Counted from the first letter of the stretch, positions 38,587 through 52,100 are shown. The stretch is 64,000 bases of DNA from Hemiscyllium ocellatum (GCF_020745735.1 NC_083407.1:89209857-89273856), one strand, 5' to 3'. The notes: a model not told the origin generated them from the sequence alone. Made by a program: numbers and translations.

Positions 38587-39303
38587 ATGAGTATCAAATA
38601 AAGCTCTTCTCGGTCGAATGGAGTGCAGATCAGATCTTGATTAGATAGTATACAGGGAGGGGATTAGTTAAAAATAATCTTGATCCAAAGTGCCAAATGG
38701 AAAAGTACTGAGATGAGACATTTGATCAGGATGTCTGAGTATGAAACAATCAAGAACCCCGATGTATTAAGGTCTTAGTGTTCAATGCAACTTTTGTCAA
38801 CCAATTCATCATGTGTTCATACTCTACTCAAAGTTTTCTGCCCTAACTTTGAGTAATTTCAAACCCAGATCACGTCGACCATCTGCTGTTATTTCATGAA
38901 TATTTACATTTCACATTTTACACTCTAAAAGTTTAAGGAATGGAACTTCTGGCTCCCTTTAGAAAGAAGACTCAGGGAATTAGATTTGTATCATTGTGGA
39001 ATTGGTTAATCCAATTGTCAATGATGCCAAAATTGTCAATTTTAAACTTTAATTCTGAGGAATGGAAAATGGGTCTGGGTGTATCTTCCCCAATATGTCC
39101 CAAACTTGATGTTCATCATTCGGCACATCGGGGTAAGGTTTACACTTTGATTCTTACACTGTTCTATTCAATTTCTTAACAGGATAAAAAATGTCCCTAA
39201 CCTTCCTAACACAATCAACTGACAGAGACAGCAGTAAATTTGTGCGTATTTATTCTGGTTAGACTTATGTCAGAAAAATTGAAATGCTTTTGTCAAGAAC
39301 AAT

Positions 39304-42157
39304 CTAGAAATCCCTCATGCACCTGAAAGATCCAACAGTTGAGCTGTAGCCTCCCCAGTCACTGTATCTCCTGTATTCACCGGGTCTCATGAAGTACTGT
39401 TGCTCTCTGTAGTTGGGATGTTCATAGAAGATCCAGTGACCATCCATCACATGCCAGAAATGGATGTCACGGTAACGGAAACGATCGTAGACAGATGGAC
39501 AGTCATCCATGAATTCCATCATCTGTCCTCCAAATTCAGGCCTCTCATAACTCCTCATTCTCTGGGAGTCTCCTCAGTACTGGAATACAAACAAAATATA
39601 AGAGTATAAGAGTTAGGAGCAGAAGTCGGCCATCTTTCTCTTCAGGCAAACTTTATCATTAAATGCGATCTTAGCTGACATTCTACTTCACCACCATTTT
39701 GCTGATGCTTTTAATATGTGAAAATCAGTCAATTTCAGTCTTGAATAAACACAGTAAGTGAGGTTCCACAGACATCTGCGGCAAATAATTTAAAAGGTTC
39801 ACCAATATCTGAATGAGGAAAATCCTCCATATATCAATGGTTATGGCTTGCTCCATATTCAGAGACTGTGTCTTCTGTTTCTAGACTCCCCAGCCAGTGG
39901 AAATTTCCTTCCAGCATGTACTTTGATGATTACTGTAGGAATTTTCTATGCTTGAATTAGTTCACATTTCGTTCTCTAAACTTTACAGAATGTAGACACA
40001 GTCTATTTAATCTTTCCTCATAAGACAATCCCACTATCACAGGAATTAATTTTGTAAGCATGAGTTGTGATCGCCTCTATGCAAAGTATGTCTTTCCTTA
40101 GGTAAGGAGACCAAAACTGCATGCAATACTCCACATGTGGCCTCACCCTGTTTCTACGCATATACAGAAAGATATCCTTGATTCTGTACTCGTAATAAGT
40201 CTATATATCATTTGACGTTCTGACTGGTTACTGTAACTTCAAATTAATGTTCACTGACTGAAATAATCTTGAACTCACAGGAACAGTTGAAATTCAACAC
40301 TTCCCAGTCTTACACCAGTTAAGAAACACTCTGTGCTACTATTTTTTTCCCACATTCCTTCAGGAAAACCTAATATTTCTCCAGATTGTATTCCATTTGA
40401 CAATTTCTTGCCTTTCCACTTGTCCAAATACACCTGAAGCGTTTTTGCAGCGTCTTTGGTTCCCACCAGTTATGTGTCATATCCAAACTTGGAAATGTTA
40501 CAGGTTATCTTCATACAAAAATCATCAAAATACGGTTGGAAGTGCTGAGACCCAAGCACTCATCTTTGGTCTGCCTCATTAACCACAGCATGTCACTCAG
40601 AAAATGGCTAATTTATTTCTACCGTCCGCTTTTTGTCTTCAACATTCTTCAGTCCATGACAGTATATTTTCACCATTCCCATGTGATCTTGTTTTGTTGG
40701 CCAATCTCTGACATGGGACTTTATGGATAGCCTTCTAATAATGTAATATACCAAACCCAGTTTTTTCCCTTTGTTCTCTTTTACTGAATTTCAACTGCTC
40801 CTGATCTCAAATGCTCCGAGTTAAAACCAGAAAGCAATAACTATACTAACTTGCATCAATAGTTCCTAGCCAATAGCCTCTTAATCTAAACCTACATTCA
40901 AAATGTCCAATCCAATAATATCCTTTCTAGATCAAAACATGTATTTAATATGATCAGCTCCAGTTGTGAATGTGTAGTATATTTGAACTGATCTAAGTAG
41001 ACAATGTGGAAGTGTGAATGATTATCAGAAACAAATAACATGAAGAAAATATATTTCAGGAAAAGCTATATGAGTGTACAAGGGCTAAAAAAATAGAAAA
41101 GACCAAGTTAGATGAATAGATGCAGAGAAATATTCATGTGCGATGTGTCCATAACATCTGAATACACTTATGCAGCTGAATGGCCCATTTGGGTGAATTC
41201 AATTCAATTTAAATAAGTTATTTAATCATAGTCAGATGCTCATAGACATTAACTAATGGTATTTCTGAGGCACAAATGTAATTGGTGCCAATTTTGTTCC
41301 CAGAATTACAAATGGATAGGGCACATCATAACAATCACAATTAAGCACACACAAGTGGATTAGACTGCGAATGGGGGAACCCAAAGTTATGTAAAGATTG
41401 CAAAGGGTTCAGTTCACAAAGACCATGGATTCGGACAGACATCCCAATATTATTTTAGCACAACTGGCAGTATTTCCTCAAAATAATCTCCTGTCGCACA
41501 GTGTTTAGTCATCTAAGAATCTATCATAATCCCGTTTGCTTGGTGGTAACTGAAATGTAACCATAGGCCACTCACTTACATTTAAAGTAATTCAACTTTG
41601 TTTGTCATGGTGACCAACAATGCCTAAACATTGACTTCAGACAATTTCAAGATGCAATTGTTCAAATTGCTATCAGTCAGCTACATGTTTTCACTGTTAT
41701 TGCTAATGAGAAGTGTGAAGAAGGGAAAAACATCCCCAAATGTAACAGCTTTGCTCAATGGCAATTTTTAAGACCTCAATCTGTGATGACAACACAAACA
41801 TGTAACTTACATATAGGTAGGAGTGACATGATCTGACACAGTCATTGAATCCCATCCAGTGCTGGTAGTCAGGATACTCTCCCCTGGTCAGAACATACTG
41901 GTATCCCATGTAATTGGGTTTCTCATACAGCACCCACCAGTCACTCTCAACACGGATGGAGTTACAGCAGCTGAAGTAAGGGGACAGGTCAGCACAGTCA
42001 CTGCTGCACTCATAGTGCCATCCCTGAAAGTTCCTGTCCTTGTAAAAGATGATCTGTGAAATGGCACAAAATAAATTAATGAGCTTGAAAATCAAAATGT
42101 AATGTGAAAAACATCTAGCATCATGTATAAAATTAGACTTGTTCTTACCTTTCCCAT
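39304..42157 (-). pseudogene. gamma-crystallin copy 4, premature stop R86* (exon1 42149-42157, exon2 41811-42053, exon3 39304-39579)
   Basis: Splice sites, TATA (42218-42225) and AATAAA (39249-39254) are intact. Second codon of exon 3 is TGA (39574-39576; CGA in copies 1 and 3). Many CpG-transition missense changes (E8K, R15W, R32C, R68H, R80H). Confidence 0.9.
39600..40740 (-). mobile_element. Old CR1 remnant in intron 2 of copy 4
   Basis: Decayed EYCMQFWSPYLRK and SYEE-type sequence and CR1-like 3' end. Confidence 0.7.
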
Positions 42158-42217
42158 TTTTGCGCTCACAGCTAGGTGAGTAACTGATCTACCTTTGCAG
42201 CATAATCAATAACAATG

Positions 42218-42284
42218 TATTTATATGATGGACAAAATGGCCCCTCTACCGCATACCCTTGTCATGCAAATAGTTTGGTGCTGA
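42218..42284 (-). promoter_or_regulatory. Copy 4 proximal promoter: TATA, Sox-octamer CCTTGTCATGCAAAT (42257-42271), TGCTGA (42279-42284)
   Basis: Same order and spacing as copies 3 and 5. Confidence 0.6.
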
Positions 42285-42614
42285 AAGACATCAAAACAAA
42301 AGCAATAATGGACATCGCTTGACAAATTGCTTGACATGTGACTGATTCTTTGCAATGCACTTTCACTTCATTTTAGTTGTTGTTTGAAAACAAAGTGGAA
42401 GAGTCTATTGTGTGTTCAACATTTGAGCAGTTATCAAAAAAATCAGTGGTCACAGAAAACATTTTCAAGGCCTTCAAAACATAAACAGCTAGATCAGCTC
42501 CCAAATTAATCAAGAGAGGTGAAACAAAAACTGTTGTGATCATTGTTGTAAATACTTACATTTAGATTAGAACTGAAATAGATTTGCTGATCTGATTGGA
42601 TCCAATTAAAATGC

Positions 42615-43555
42615 TGTCATAAAGTGGAGGTTGACCCCCCTCTGAGAACTAAAACCTAAACACCAAAGAGGAGCATCTCACCCTATAATGTGTAAAACAG
42701 AGCATGAAAAGTGGTGTAACCTGCTTTTCAGCAACTTCTAGCAGTTAAATAGAATAAATCCCTAACACTCACTTTAAAATCACGAAGTAACAGTTTGTTT
42801 ATCTAACTCTAACAGTAAACAATTTAACTAAACTATTAACGAACTGAATAAGTCCTTCTAACTGCTGATCATTCCTGAATAAAACAAGATTCTAATGGTA
42901 TGCTGTTCCAACAAATAGAAGTCCCACTCATATAACAAAAAAATTAAATTTGGTCTCTCGAAATTACAGCCTGATAATGTGTCTTCCAAAATGTTCTGTA
43001 CCTTTTCTGTCAATTCTTCTGTCAGGAATGCCTTCTCCATCGTTGATACCACTGTTATTTCGATGGTGCTTTCTCTAACACATAGCGGAGGCTGTGAGGA
43101 CAAACAATTCTTTTGAGAGAGAGCTGAGGGCTGTTAGCTCTGGCGGATGGCGGTCTGCTCTGGGGTCTTTGTCTAACTGCCCCCTTCTTTATTACCCATG
43201 ATGACATATCAATATTTCTGACAATGGGATTGGTCTTATGTTGCCAAAATCATCCGAATTAAATTTAATAGTTTTGTGGTATCTAAGTACCTGGTTCAAA
43301 TTGATTGGATAACTTCAAAAGCCTGCTGTCTTGGTAAAAACTGCTGCTTGGCCTATTAACTGTACAACCTTTCAATACACGCGTTTCAATTTGGGTACTC
43401 TCTGTGCACCTGCAAACTTTCAAGCTGCTGCTCACAGATATCCATATTAAATCTCCATCTTCTTTTAATGGACTATGTAATGCTTTCCCCATTTTACAAT
43501 TTTGCAAACACCAAATTCTAACTTTCTGTCTTCCAATCTACCCAACTCCACAACA
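42615..43555. mobile_element. About 940-bp insertion upstream of copy 4, solo-LTR-like
   Basis: Absent from the paralogous region upstream of copy 3. Bounded by TGT...ACA. No clear TSD seen. Confidence 0.5.
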
Positions 43556-43937
43556 GCACATATTATCATGATACTTGAATGAAGTTGGAAGAATTTTGGA
43601 GGTAAGCCGATGAGTTTTTTTATTGTATGACTCCATCTCTGATTTTATTTTCTATTGCTTATTGCTTTCCTTGATAAGGCATCTCATAACAAATTTGTCA
43701 GCAAATTAGAACGTCATGGAATGAAATGGACAGCGGAACTTGGGTGGAAAGTTGGCTGAGTGATCGAAATCAGAATGAATGCTAACTGGCTGTTTTTCAC
43801 ATTAGAGGATGTTACGTTCTGGTGATTTCCCCACTTCTCCAGATCAATACCAACTACCTACACTTTCATGAACAGGTAACAATTTCAACATTTGTCAATA
43901 ACGTGGAACGTAGATATACTGCGAACTAAGAGAAGGA

Positions 43938-44298
43938 TCATAGAGTCACAGAGTCATAGAGTCATATGGAAACAGACCCTTTGGTCCAACCAGTCCATGC
44001 AGAACATAATCACTAAACTAAACTAGTCCCACCTGCCTGCTCCTGGTCCATATTCTCCAAACCTTTCCTATTCATGTACTTACCATGTTGAACTTCATCA
44101 GTACATGTATGGAATGAGCTGCCAGACAGCTCATTTAAAAGGTGTCTGGATGGGTATATGAATACAAAGGGTTTAGATGGATATGGATCAAGCACTAGCA
44201 AATGGGACTAGATTAGGTTAGGATATCTGATTGGCATGGACAGGTTGGACCAAAGGGTCTGTTTCCTGCTGTAGATCTCTATGACTGTATGGTTCTAT
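43938..44298. mobile_element. Two CR1 3' ends joined head-to-head
   Basis: Minus-strand tail at 43938-44085, plus-strand 3' end at 44100-44298. Confidence 0.8.
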
Positions 44299-44512
44299 GC
44301 TGGTTGAATAGCTGATGAAATTTAATGCAGAAAAGTGTCAAGTTAACTAATTAGACAAAGAAATGAGGAAAGGTGATATAAATGAAAGGTACGATGCTAA
44401 ATGGATGCTAAAACAAAACAGCCCTGAGGGTATGTTTGAATAACGCACATGGTTTCCCAGGTTTGTGAATATGGGTGATGGGTATTTAAAAAAAGAATTA
44501 ATGATGAATCGA

Positions 44513-45869
44513 ACAGTTGAACATTTGAACAGTGCATTTACTTTACCAACACCTTCCACCCTGACCGCAAATTTACCTGGACCATCTCAGACTCCTCCCT
44601 CCCCTTCCTAGACCTTTCCATTTCTATCTCAGGCAATCGAATCAACACGGACATTTACTATAAACCGACTGACTCCCACAGTTACCTAGACTACACCTCA
44701 TCCCGCCCTGTCCCCTGTAAAAACGCCATCCCAAATTCCCAATTCCTTCGTCTCTGCTGCATCTGCTCCCAGGAGGATCAGTTCCAATACCGTACAACCC
44801 AGATGGCCTCCTTCTTCAAAGACCACAATTTCCCCCAGACGCGATCGACGATGCCCTCCACCGCATCTCCTCCACTTCCCGCTCCTCTGCCCTTGAGCTC
44901 TGCCCCTCCAATCGCCACCAGGACAGAACCCCACTGGTCCTCACCTATCACCTCACCAACTTCCATATACATCGTATCATCCGTCGTCATTTCCGCCACC
45001 TCCAAACGGACCCCACCACCAGGGATATATTTCCCTCTCCTCCCCTATCAGCATTCCGTAAAGACCAACTCCCTCCGTGACTCCCTCGTCAGGTCCACAC
45101 CCCCCACCAACCCAACCTCCATTCCCGGCACCTTCCCCTGCAACCGCTAGAAATGCAAAACTTGTGCCCACACCTCCCCCCTTACTTCCCTCCAAGGCCC
45201 CAAGGGATCCTTCCATATCCACCACAAATTCACCTGCACCTCCACACACATCATTTACTGCATCCGCTGCACCCGATGTGGCCTCCTCTATATTGGGGAG
45301 ACAGGCCACCTACTTGCGGAAGTTTTCAGAGAACACACTGGGACACCCGGACCAACAAACCCAACCACCCCTTGGCTCAACACTTCAACTCCCCCTCCCA
45401 CTCCACCAAGGACATGCAGGTCCTTGGACTCCTCCATCGCCAGACCAGAGCAACACGACGGCTGGAGGAAGAGCGCCTCATCTTCCGCCTAGGAACCCTC
45501 CAACCACAAGGGATGAACTCAGATTTCTCCAGTTTCTTCATTTCCCCTCCCCCCACCTTGTCTCAGTCAAATCCCTCGAACTCAGCACAGCCTTCCTAAC
45601 CTGCAATCTTCTTCCTGACCTCTCCGCCCCCGCCCCCACTCCAGCCTAGCACCCTCACCTTGACCTCCTTCCACCTATCACATTTCCAACACCCCTCCCC
45701 CAAGTCCCTCACGCTTACCTGTTGGGCACACTTTCCTCATTCCTGAAAAAGGGCTCATGCCCGAAACGTCGACTCTCCTGCTCCTTGGATGCTGCCTGAC
45801 CTGCTGCGCTTTTCCAGTAACACATTTTCAGCTCTGATCTCCAGCATTTGGAGTCCTCACTTTCTCCTC
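44513..45869 (+). mobile_element. 5'-truncated Penelope-like element (RT C-terminus, GIY-YIG endonuclease, pLTR)
   Basis: LPFLDL, YYKPTDSHSYLDY, IIYCIRCTRCGLLYIGETG (GIY-YIG), HFNSPSH. TSD AATCGA at 44507-44512 and 45871-45876. Confidence 0.93.
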
Positions 45870-48800
45870 AAATCGATATAAATGCCTGGTTTAGCCTGGA
45901 TTAGCCAGAGTGTTGTGCCCAATTCTGTTCCCTACACTTCAGGAAGGATGTGAAGGCATTAAGAGCAGCTACAAAGAATATTTGGGATCATATGTCCATG
46001 AATAAGGAATTTTATATTGGAGAAGCTAGGAATGTTCTCTTTTGAAGAGACAATTCAACCATGCAGGGCATAACGAGAATGTATAGATAGAAACTGTGCT
46101 CAGTTGCAGTAGGTGGAGAACTAGAGGATACTAATTGAAGACGACCAGCAAAAGACTTCACAAAGACACAACGAGTAGTTAGAATCTGGAATGCCGTTCC
46201 TTGAGACCAGAATGGGAGCCAATTCATTTGAGATTTTCAAAAGGAATTTTATAATTATTTGCCATTAACAAAAAATTGCAGGGCACCTGGGAATTGCCAG
46301 AGTATTGCAACTCAGCGTGTTGCCCATGGAGAGCGTAGACACAGAACAGCAGGACAAATGGCTTCATTCAATGCGTAACTGATCTATCATTTCCATGAGA
46401 TGGTGCTGCTAAGCGTCTGGTGAGTAGCTGTCATTGATGCCTTCAGTCTCTGGCACTCCACTGTTCAAACTGCTTTTGTATCCATCCCAGGAAATCAAAA
46501 GGTGGCCGCTGGGTTACAAGCTGCCGTCTGCTTACGATATGAATGACGCAGCCCAGCATGGACACGTGGCTTATCTGGGTCATATATTTCCTTCTCATTC
46601 ACTTTTAGCACATGAGTATCACTGGTTGGGATCACATTCCTAATTGACTTGCGAAGATGATGATGAGCCATTGGTCTGGTCTTGGATCATAATACTTTCC
46701 TTGATTACTTTAAAATAAATGGGTAGTAACTGCCATTCTATTGATGTTTTGGAATACATTTTATTAATACTTATTTTCTTTCTCAGCTGTGTACTATGAT
46801 TAAACACTCCACAGTGCATTTTAAATAGCAAATACAATCCAGACAGATCCCACAGCTTTCTCAGCATCTCCTCCCAGATGTTAACAGGTCATTAAATCTC
46901 ACTAAACTTCACCAGCGATTGTGGTTCTTCCATTTTGTTGATCTGGCCTTGAAACTCCCTGTCAACAGCTGCATCATCAAGAAGATCTGAAATAATTGTG
47001 CCTAATCTAGTCGATCCCGCTCTGTTCCTGTGTCCTTCCTTCCCTTCACACCAATAACTGCACACCAGCATTTATTCACAGGCACAACCCCAGGTTTTCA
47101 CCAACAGCCTGCTTCACTAAGCTAAAAACTGCCCCTGAGTATTCCCTGAGATCCAGTCTTGCTTAGTTGTATCAAACAGACACTTCTTATGTCATTTCAA
47201 AGCTGCACTGATGCATTCATGCTTACATTCTTCTTCTGAGCCATTCCTGACCTTTCCCAGTACAGAGCCTGGGAGTCTCATACTTTCTGAGCACTCCTGC
47301 ACTTTACCCCCGGCCTGACTGTAACTTCCAATTGCTCACTGATCCCCTGAAGTTCTCCTAATTTATTTTCTCTATCAGCCATTCAAAACAGAGCCATTCA
47401 AACGCTGCTGCCTTCCCCCTGCAGGCCTGCTAAAAATCAGCACTGCTGACGTGGAATCTGCCCTTATATCTGTCCTTTCTCCAATTATCCCGTCTCCTTA
47501 GAACTATATTGCAGTGACCACAAACTGCCCTGAGAGACTGACTGAAAAGAAGCCACTGCCCTATCTCGGAGCAGCAATTCTGCTACTTCATTACTCTGGA
47601 ACTCTCTGTAATGTTGAATGTTACAGTATTCACACCTTTATGAATGTTTACAAAAAAGGATTCATCACAAATAATATAAGCTTAATGCCAATTGATGTGT
47701 GAATGCTATTTTGTTTCAGCTCTTATGCTTCATTCATTTGAAATAAATCTCTCTCAAGGGGAGACTCTGTCAGGCTTTGACTGTGCTTCATAGATGTGCC
47801 TTTACAAAATTGGTCAGGAACCAAAGTGATCGACACGTGAAAGGCTCTAGGGCTCAACATTATTGAGAATGCCTGAGCTGAGAGAGAATGTGGAATGTAT
47901 GAATCCAGACCCACAATACTGAGAACTCCAAAGTCATGGTAACTTCCCTCATTTTGTTCTGTGCATTAATGCACTGAATAAAACTCCCATGACTCTCTTC
48001 ACTAAAGTTGTGATAAAATGTAAGCTCAGAACAACATAGCAACCTGCTGTTATGGACGGGGTATGTGTTGATTGTTAATACTTTTGAATTTCCACATTTT
48101 GCACTCTGAAAGTTTAAGGAATGAAACTTCTAGCTCCATTTAGAGAAGAGACACAGGAAAGTAGATTTGAATTATCATGGAATTGGTTTATCTAATTGTC
48201 AATAGTGTGGAATTTTGAACTTAAATTCCATGGAGTGTGTGAGGTGGAAATTTGAGAATGACATGCGTGAACCTTTAAATCTATATGAATTTCCTGGTGC
48301 GGTTAGAATGAGGTAGGAAGTTTTAGTTAACTTCATGAAGAATAATCATAAAAATCAATCAGAAGAAATTTTCCATTTACTCTCATTCAAAGAAATAGGG
48401 CAAAAAGAAAGTTATTAAACTGCATCAAAATGCTCGGATGCTAAAGCAGCAGACAGACTGAGTTTCTGTGAGAATGCAATGTAGCTGAACCAGCTTGAAG
48501 CCAGAGGCCTTATTTGGAAATGGAACATGAAGATTACCCTGTCCACACCAAGTAAGACAAAGCAATGGGATGTAATCAAGGATGGGAACAAAGCATAAGT
48601 TTCAGAGAGGAGTTGGATGGCACCTGGGAAGATGGGAAGTGGTGAGACCTAGGGTAATAGGTGCCTTACCACTTTTGGAATGGAGGCAAAATAGGATATT
48701 TATCTAAAAGTGACCATTTTGGAATTTGACCAATGTACTATGTATGTGACTTACCATATATAAATACCTGAGGAATCCTCATTGGGTTAGAGTGCTACCT

Positions 48801-49106
48801 CAGAGTCTTTTCTGGAGTGGACACTCCCAACACTGGCCCAATAAATGACTATTGACTTGTACCTTGAGACTTCAGAAATTATTCTGTCAAATAATCTGCC
48901 CACCACAAATAAAAAATGATACTGGGCGCATCACGGACAAACAATCCCTGATATGTCATAAATTTGGCCTAAATCATCCTGGACATCAGCTAAAGTCACT
49001 CTCTCAGATAGTCTTTTGCGATTCTATTCAATAACAGGATAAAAAAAAAGTCTCTGACAATTCAAACAAAAGTCAACTGAGAGCAACAGCAGTCAATTCA
49101 TGAATA

Positions 49107-49112
49107 TTTATT
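49107..49112 (-). terminator. Polyadenylation signal AATAAA of copy 5
   Basis: About 50 nt past the stop; position conserved among paralogues. Confidence 0.7.
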
Positions 49113-49161
49113 CTGCTCATATATATGTCAGATAAACAAAACCATGTTTGCCAAGAACAAT

Positions 49162-52100
49162 CTAGAAATCCCTCATGCGCCTGAAAGACCCGATAGTTGA
49201 GCTGTAGCCTCCCCAGTCACTGTATCTCCTGTATTCACCGGGTCTCATGAAATACTGGCGCCCTCTGTAGTTGGGATGTTCATAGAAAATCCAGTAACCG
49301 TCCATCACATGGCAGGAGTGGATGTCACGGTAACGGAAACGATCGTAGACAGATGGACAGTCATCCATGAATTCCATCATCTGCCCTCCAAAGTCAGGCC
49401 TCTCATAAATCCTCATTCTGTAGGACCCTCCTTGGTACTGCAATAGAAATGAGATTATGTTAGTGATGAAATGTGTAAGAAAGTAACTGGCTGGTTAGAA
49501 GGGATCATTTGAAGGAACTTTTGATTAATATTGAGAGTAAAGCTGAGATAACTCAATGTCATGTCCAGGACATTTGGATTGAATTCTCACCTGATTATCA
49601 CTGGGCTTCCGTGTGTACATTTGTAGGATGTAAAGGAAATGGTGATCACAGTGAATGTAAGGCTAATGTATTTGACTCATGTAGACTGTAGGCTTCATAA
49701 ACTTAATAAAATTCCATTTTATTTTGTTCTGATTAAGATTATTCCATTCCTATAGATGGATGACTGTGATGATGCCGGAGTCTGGGGTGGACAAAGTCAG
49801 AAGGCACACGGCACCAGGTTTTAGATTAGATTACTTACAGTGTGGAAACAGGCCCTTCGGCCCAACAAGTCCACACCGACCCGCCGAAGCGCAACCCACC
49901 CATACCCCGACATTTACCCCTTACCCAACACTACGGGCAATTTAGCATGGCCAATTCACCTGACCCGCACATCTTTGGACTGTGGGAGGAAACCGGAGCA
50001 CCCGGAGGAAACCCACGCAGACACGGGGAGAACGTGCAAACTCCACACAGTCAGTCGCCTGAGTCGGGAATTGAACCCGGGTCTCAGGCGCTGTGAGGCA
50101 GCAGTGCTAACCACTGTGCCACCGTGCCGCCCATAGGTTATTGTAACTTCACCGGACAAGGGAGCAGCGCAACAAGAGCTTGTGATTTTAAATTTACCTG
50201 TTGGAATATAACTTGGTGTCATGTGACTTCTGACTTTATAGATGGATAACGCAGGAATCAGAATTCACACAACCTGACTATTTCACTTCCCAGGCCTTTT
50301 TGTGGAATCAGCACATCTCAAATTTTAATTATTTTGTTGAGCATTTTTGTATTCGCTATATATGTAGACTCGAGGTATAAGAGCAACTTAACAGATGATG
50401 GGATGACGGAATGGGATGACAGTTCACTCAACTGTCTCTGTGATGGTCTGGAATATATCAGTCTGATCTGCTTTGTGAGGAATGGGAATAGTTTACCGGG
50501 ACAATAACCAGGGTGACTTGGAAACAACAGATTTGAGAGAAACAGGTGGAAGTATATAATAACAGATGATGGATGCAGATAGGTGCTAGAATTACATACC
50601 ATGAGGACTGAATAGACTTATGGGTTTTTCTGTATTATAAACTCTATATTAATCACAGATAGATTATACTGGTTTTTACATGTTAAAGATCCATTCATAT
50701 TTTGGGTCCATCCTCATAGACAGTTGGCACCAACTAAGTGGACCTTCACTGGCCTGAATGTGACTCTGACAAAGATGCATTTTATACACAGCCACCCTCA
50801 GATGGCAGTTGGCATTTTTGAAGGGCGCAGGATGACAGCTAAAGCAGACACCAGGTATTGGAAAGATAGAGGGGTGCCGTGGTGGTGGTGGTTGGCGGGG
50901 GGGAGGTGGGAGTAGAGAAAATGCCAAAACGCCATCACAATGACTGCGGATTAAGGCCAGCACACCTTTTTCTTCCGAGTCCAACAACAACAACTTTCAT
51001 CAAAGCATTACTGTTCTTCAGTTGTCACAACGGCCATGTAAGAATCGATTACAGTCCATCTTTGCTTGTTAGCTCCTCACTTGCATTTCATACAGATATT
51101 TGATAGTTACAACACCAACGGAGGCCATTTGGCCAATCATATCCATTGCCAGCTCTCTGTGAGCCTTTTGCCTTTTGATAGTTAGCCAGTTCCACAATGA
51201 AACTGCTTTAATCTGCCTGCACCACACTCTGAAGTAGTGCAATTAGATCTTAATTGCTGTGTAAAAATATTTTCCTTGTCTCACCATTGTTCCTTTTAAC
51301 AATTCAGTTTGTATTGGCATTCTCTGGTTTGTCACAATTACACCAATGAGAGCAGCTTCTCCCTACTTTAATCTTTCCTGGCCACCTTTTGGTGTTGAAC
51401 ACCTCTTTCAAGTCGCCACATGGAGTTTCTTTATTCTAAGGGGAACAATCCCAACTTCTCCAATCTCTTCTTCCCCCAACTCTCAACTTCCTCTGCCACT
51501 TTCAACCTACTCACTTACCTCCCACTCCCTCTGCCAAGGCACCCTATTTTGGAAAAGTATTCATTATTTTATATTGCCCCTCCTCATTCCTTCCACTGAA
51601 ATGCATCATTTTGCACTTTTCAGGTAGTTCATTCTGGATTTCATCTGCGATGTGTCCAACCTTTACACCAGCCTGTGTAGTTGGAAATCCATCACTTGCT
51701 CTGCACAGGTCTCATTACTTCCAAGTTTTGTGTCATCTGTAAATTTTGAAATTGTGCCCTGCACACCCAAGACTTAGTCACTAAAATATAAATCAAGAAA
51801 AGCAGTGTACCTTCATGATTGGGAAACCCAAACTTACACTTTTCTCCAATCCAAGTGTAAGGTTGACCAGACTCTTTGTTTCAGGTTATTCAATCATGTC
51901 AAGTGAAACAACCTTTGTATTAGATGGCCACCAGGAATGCCTGAAACACTTCCAAATGCCATTTAAACTGAAAGAAATTCCAGTTTCTACTGTACTGATT
52001 TGGGCATGTATGAAATTGACTGCATAGTTTTACTGTTATTACAAATACTTGATGTGTTAAACACAATAACATCCTCAAGTTTAGTTGCTTAGCTCAATGA

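Noticed and set aside
39574-39576. In-frame TGA as selenocysteine or programmed read-through
   Set aside because: It replaces Arg (CGA), is a plain CpG transition, no SECIS-like stem is evident in the short 3'UTR, and the copy has many other damaging changes.
48235-48900. Possible solo LTR downstream of copy 5 (TATA- and AATAAA-like motifs, absent from the copy 4 flank)
   Set aside because: Boundaries and TSD could not be defined by eye.
49822-50132. tRNA genes at SINE heads
   Set aside because: A/B boxes continue into the V-SINE core and LINE-derived tail; no complete cloverleaf.
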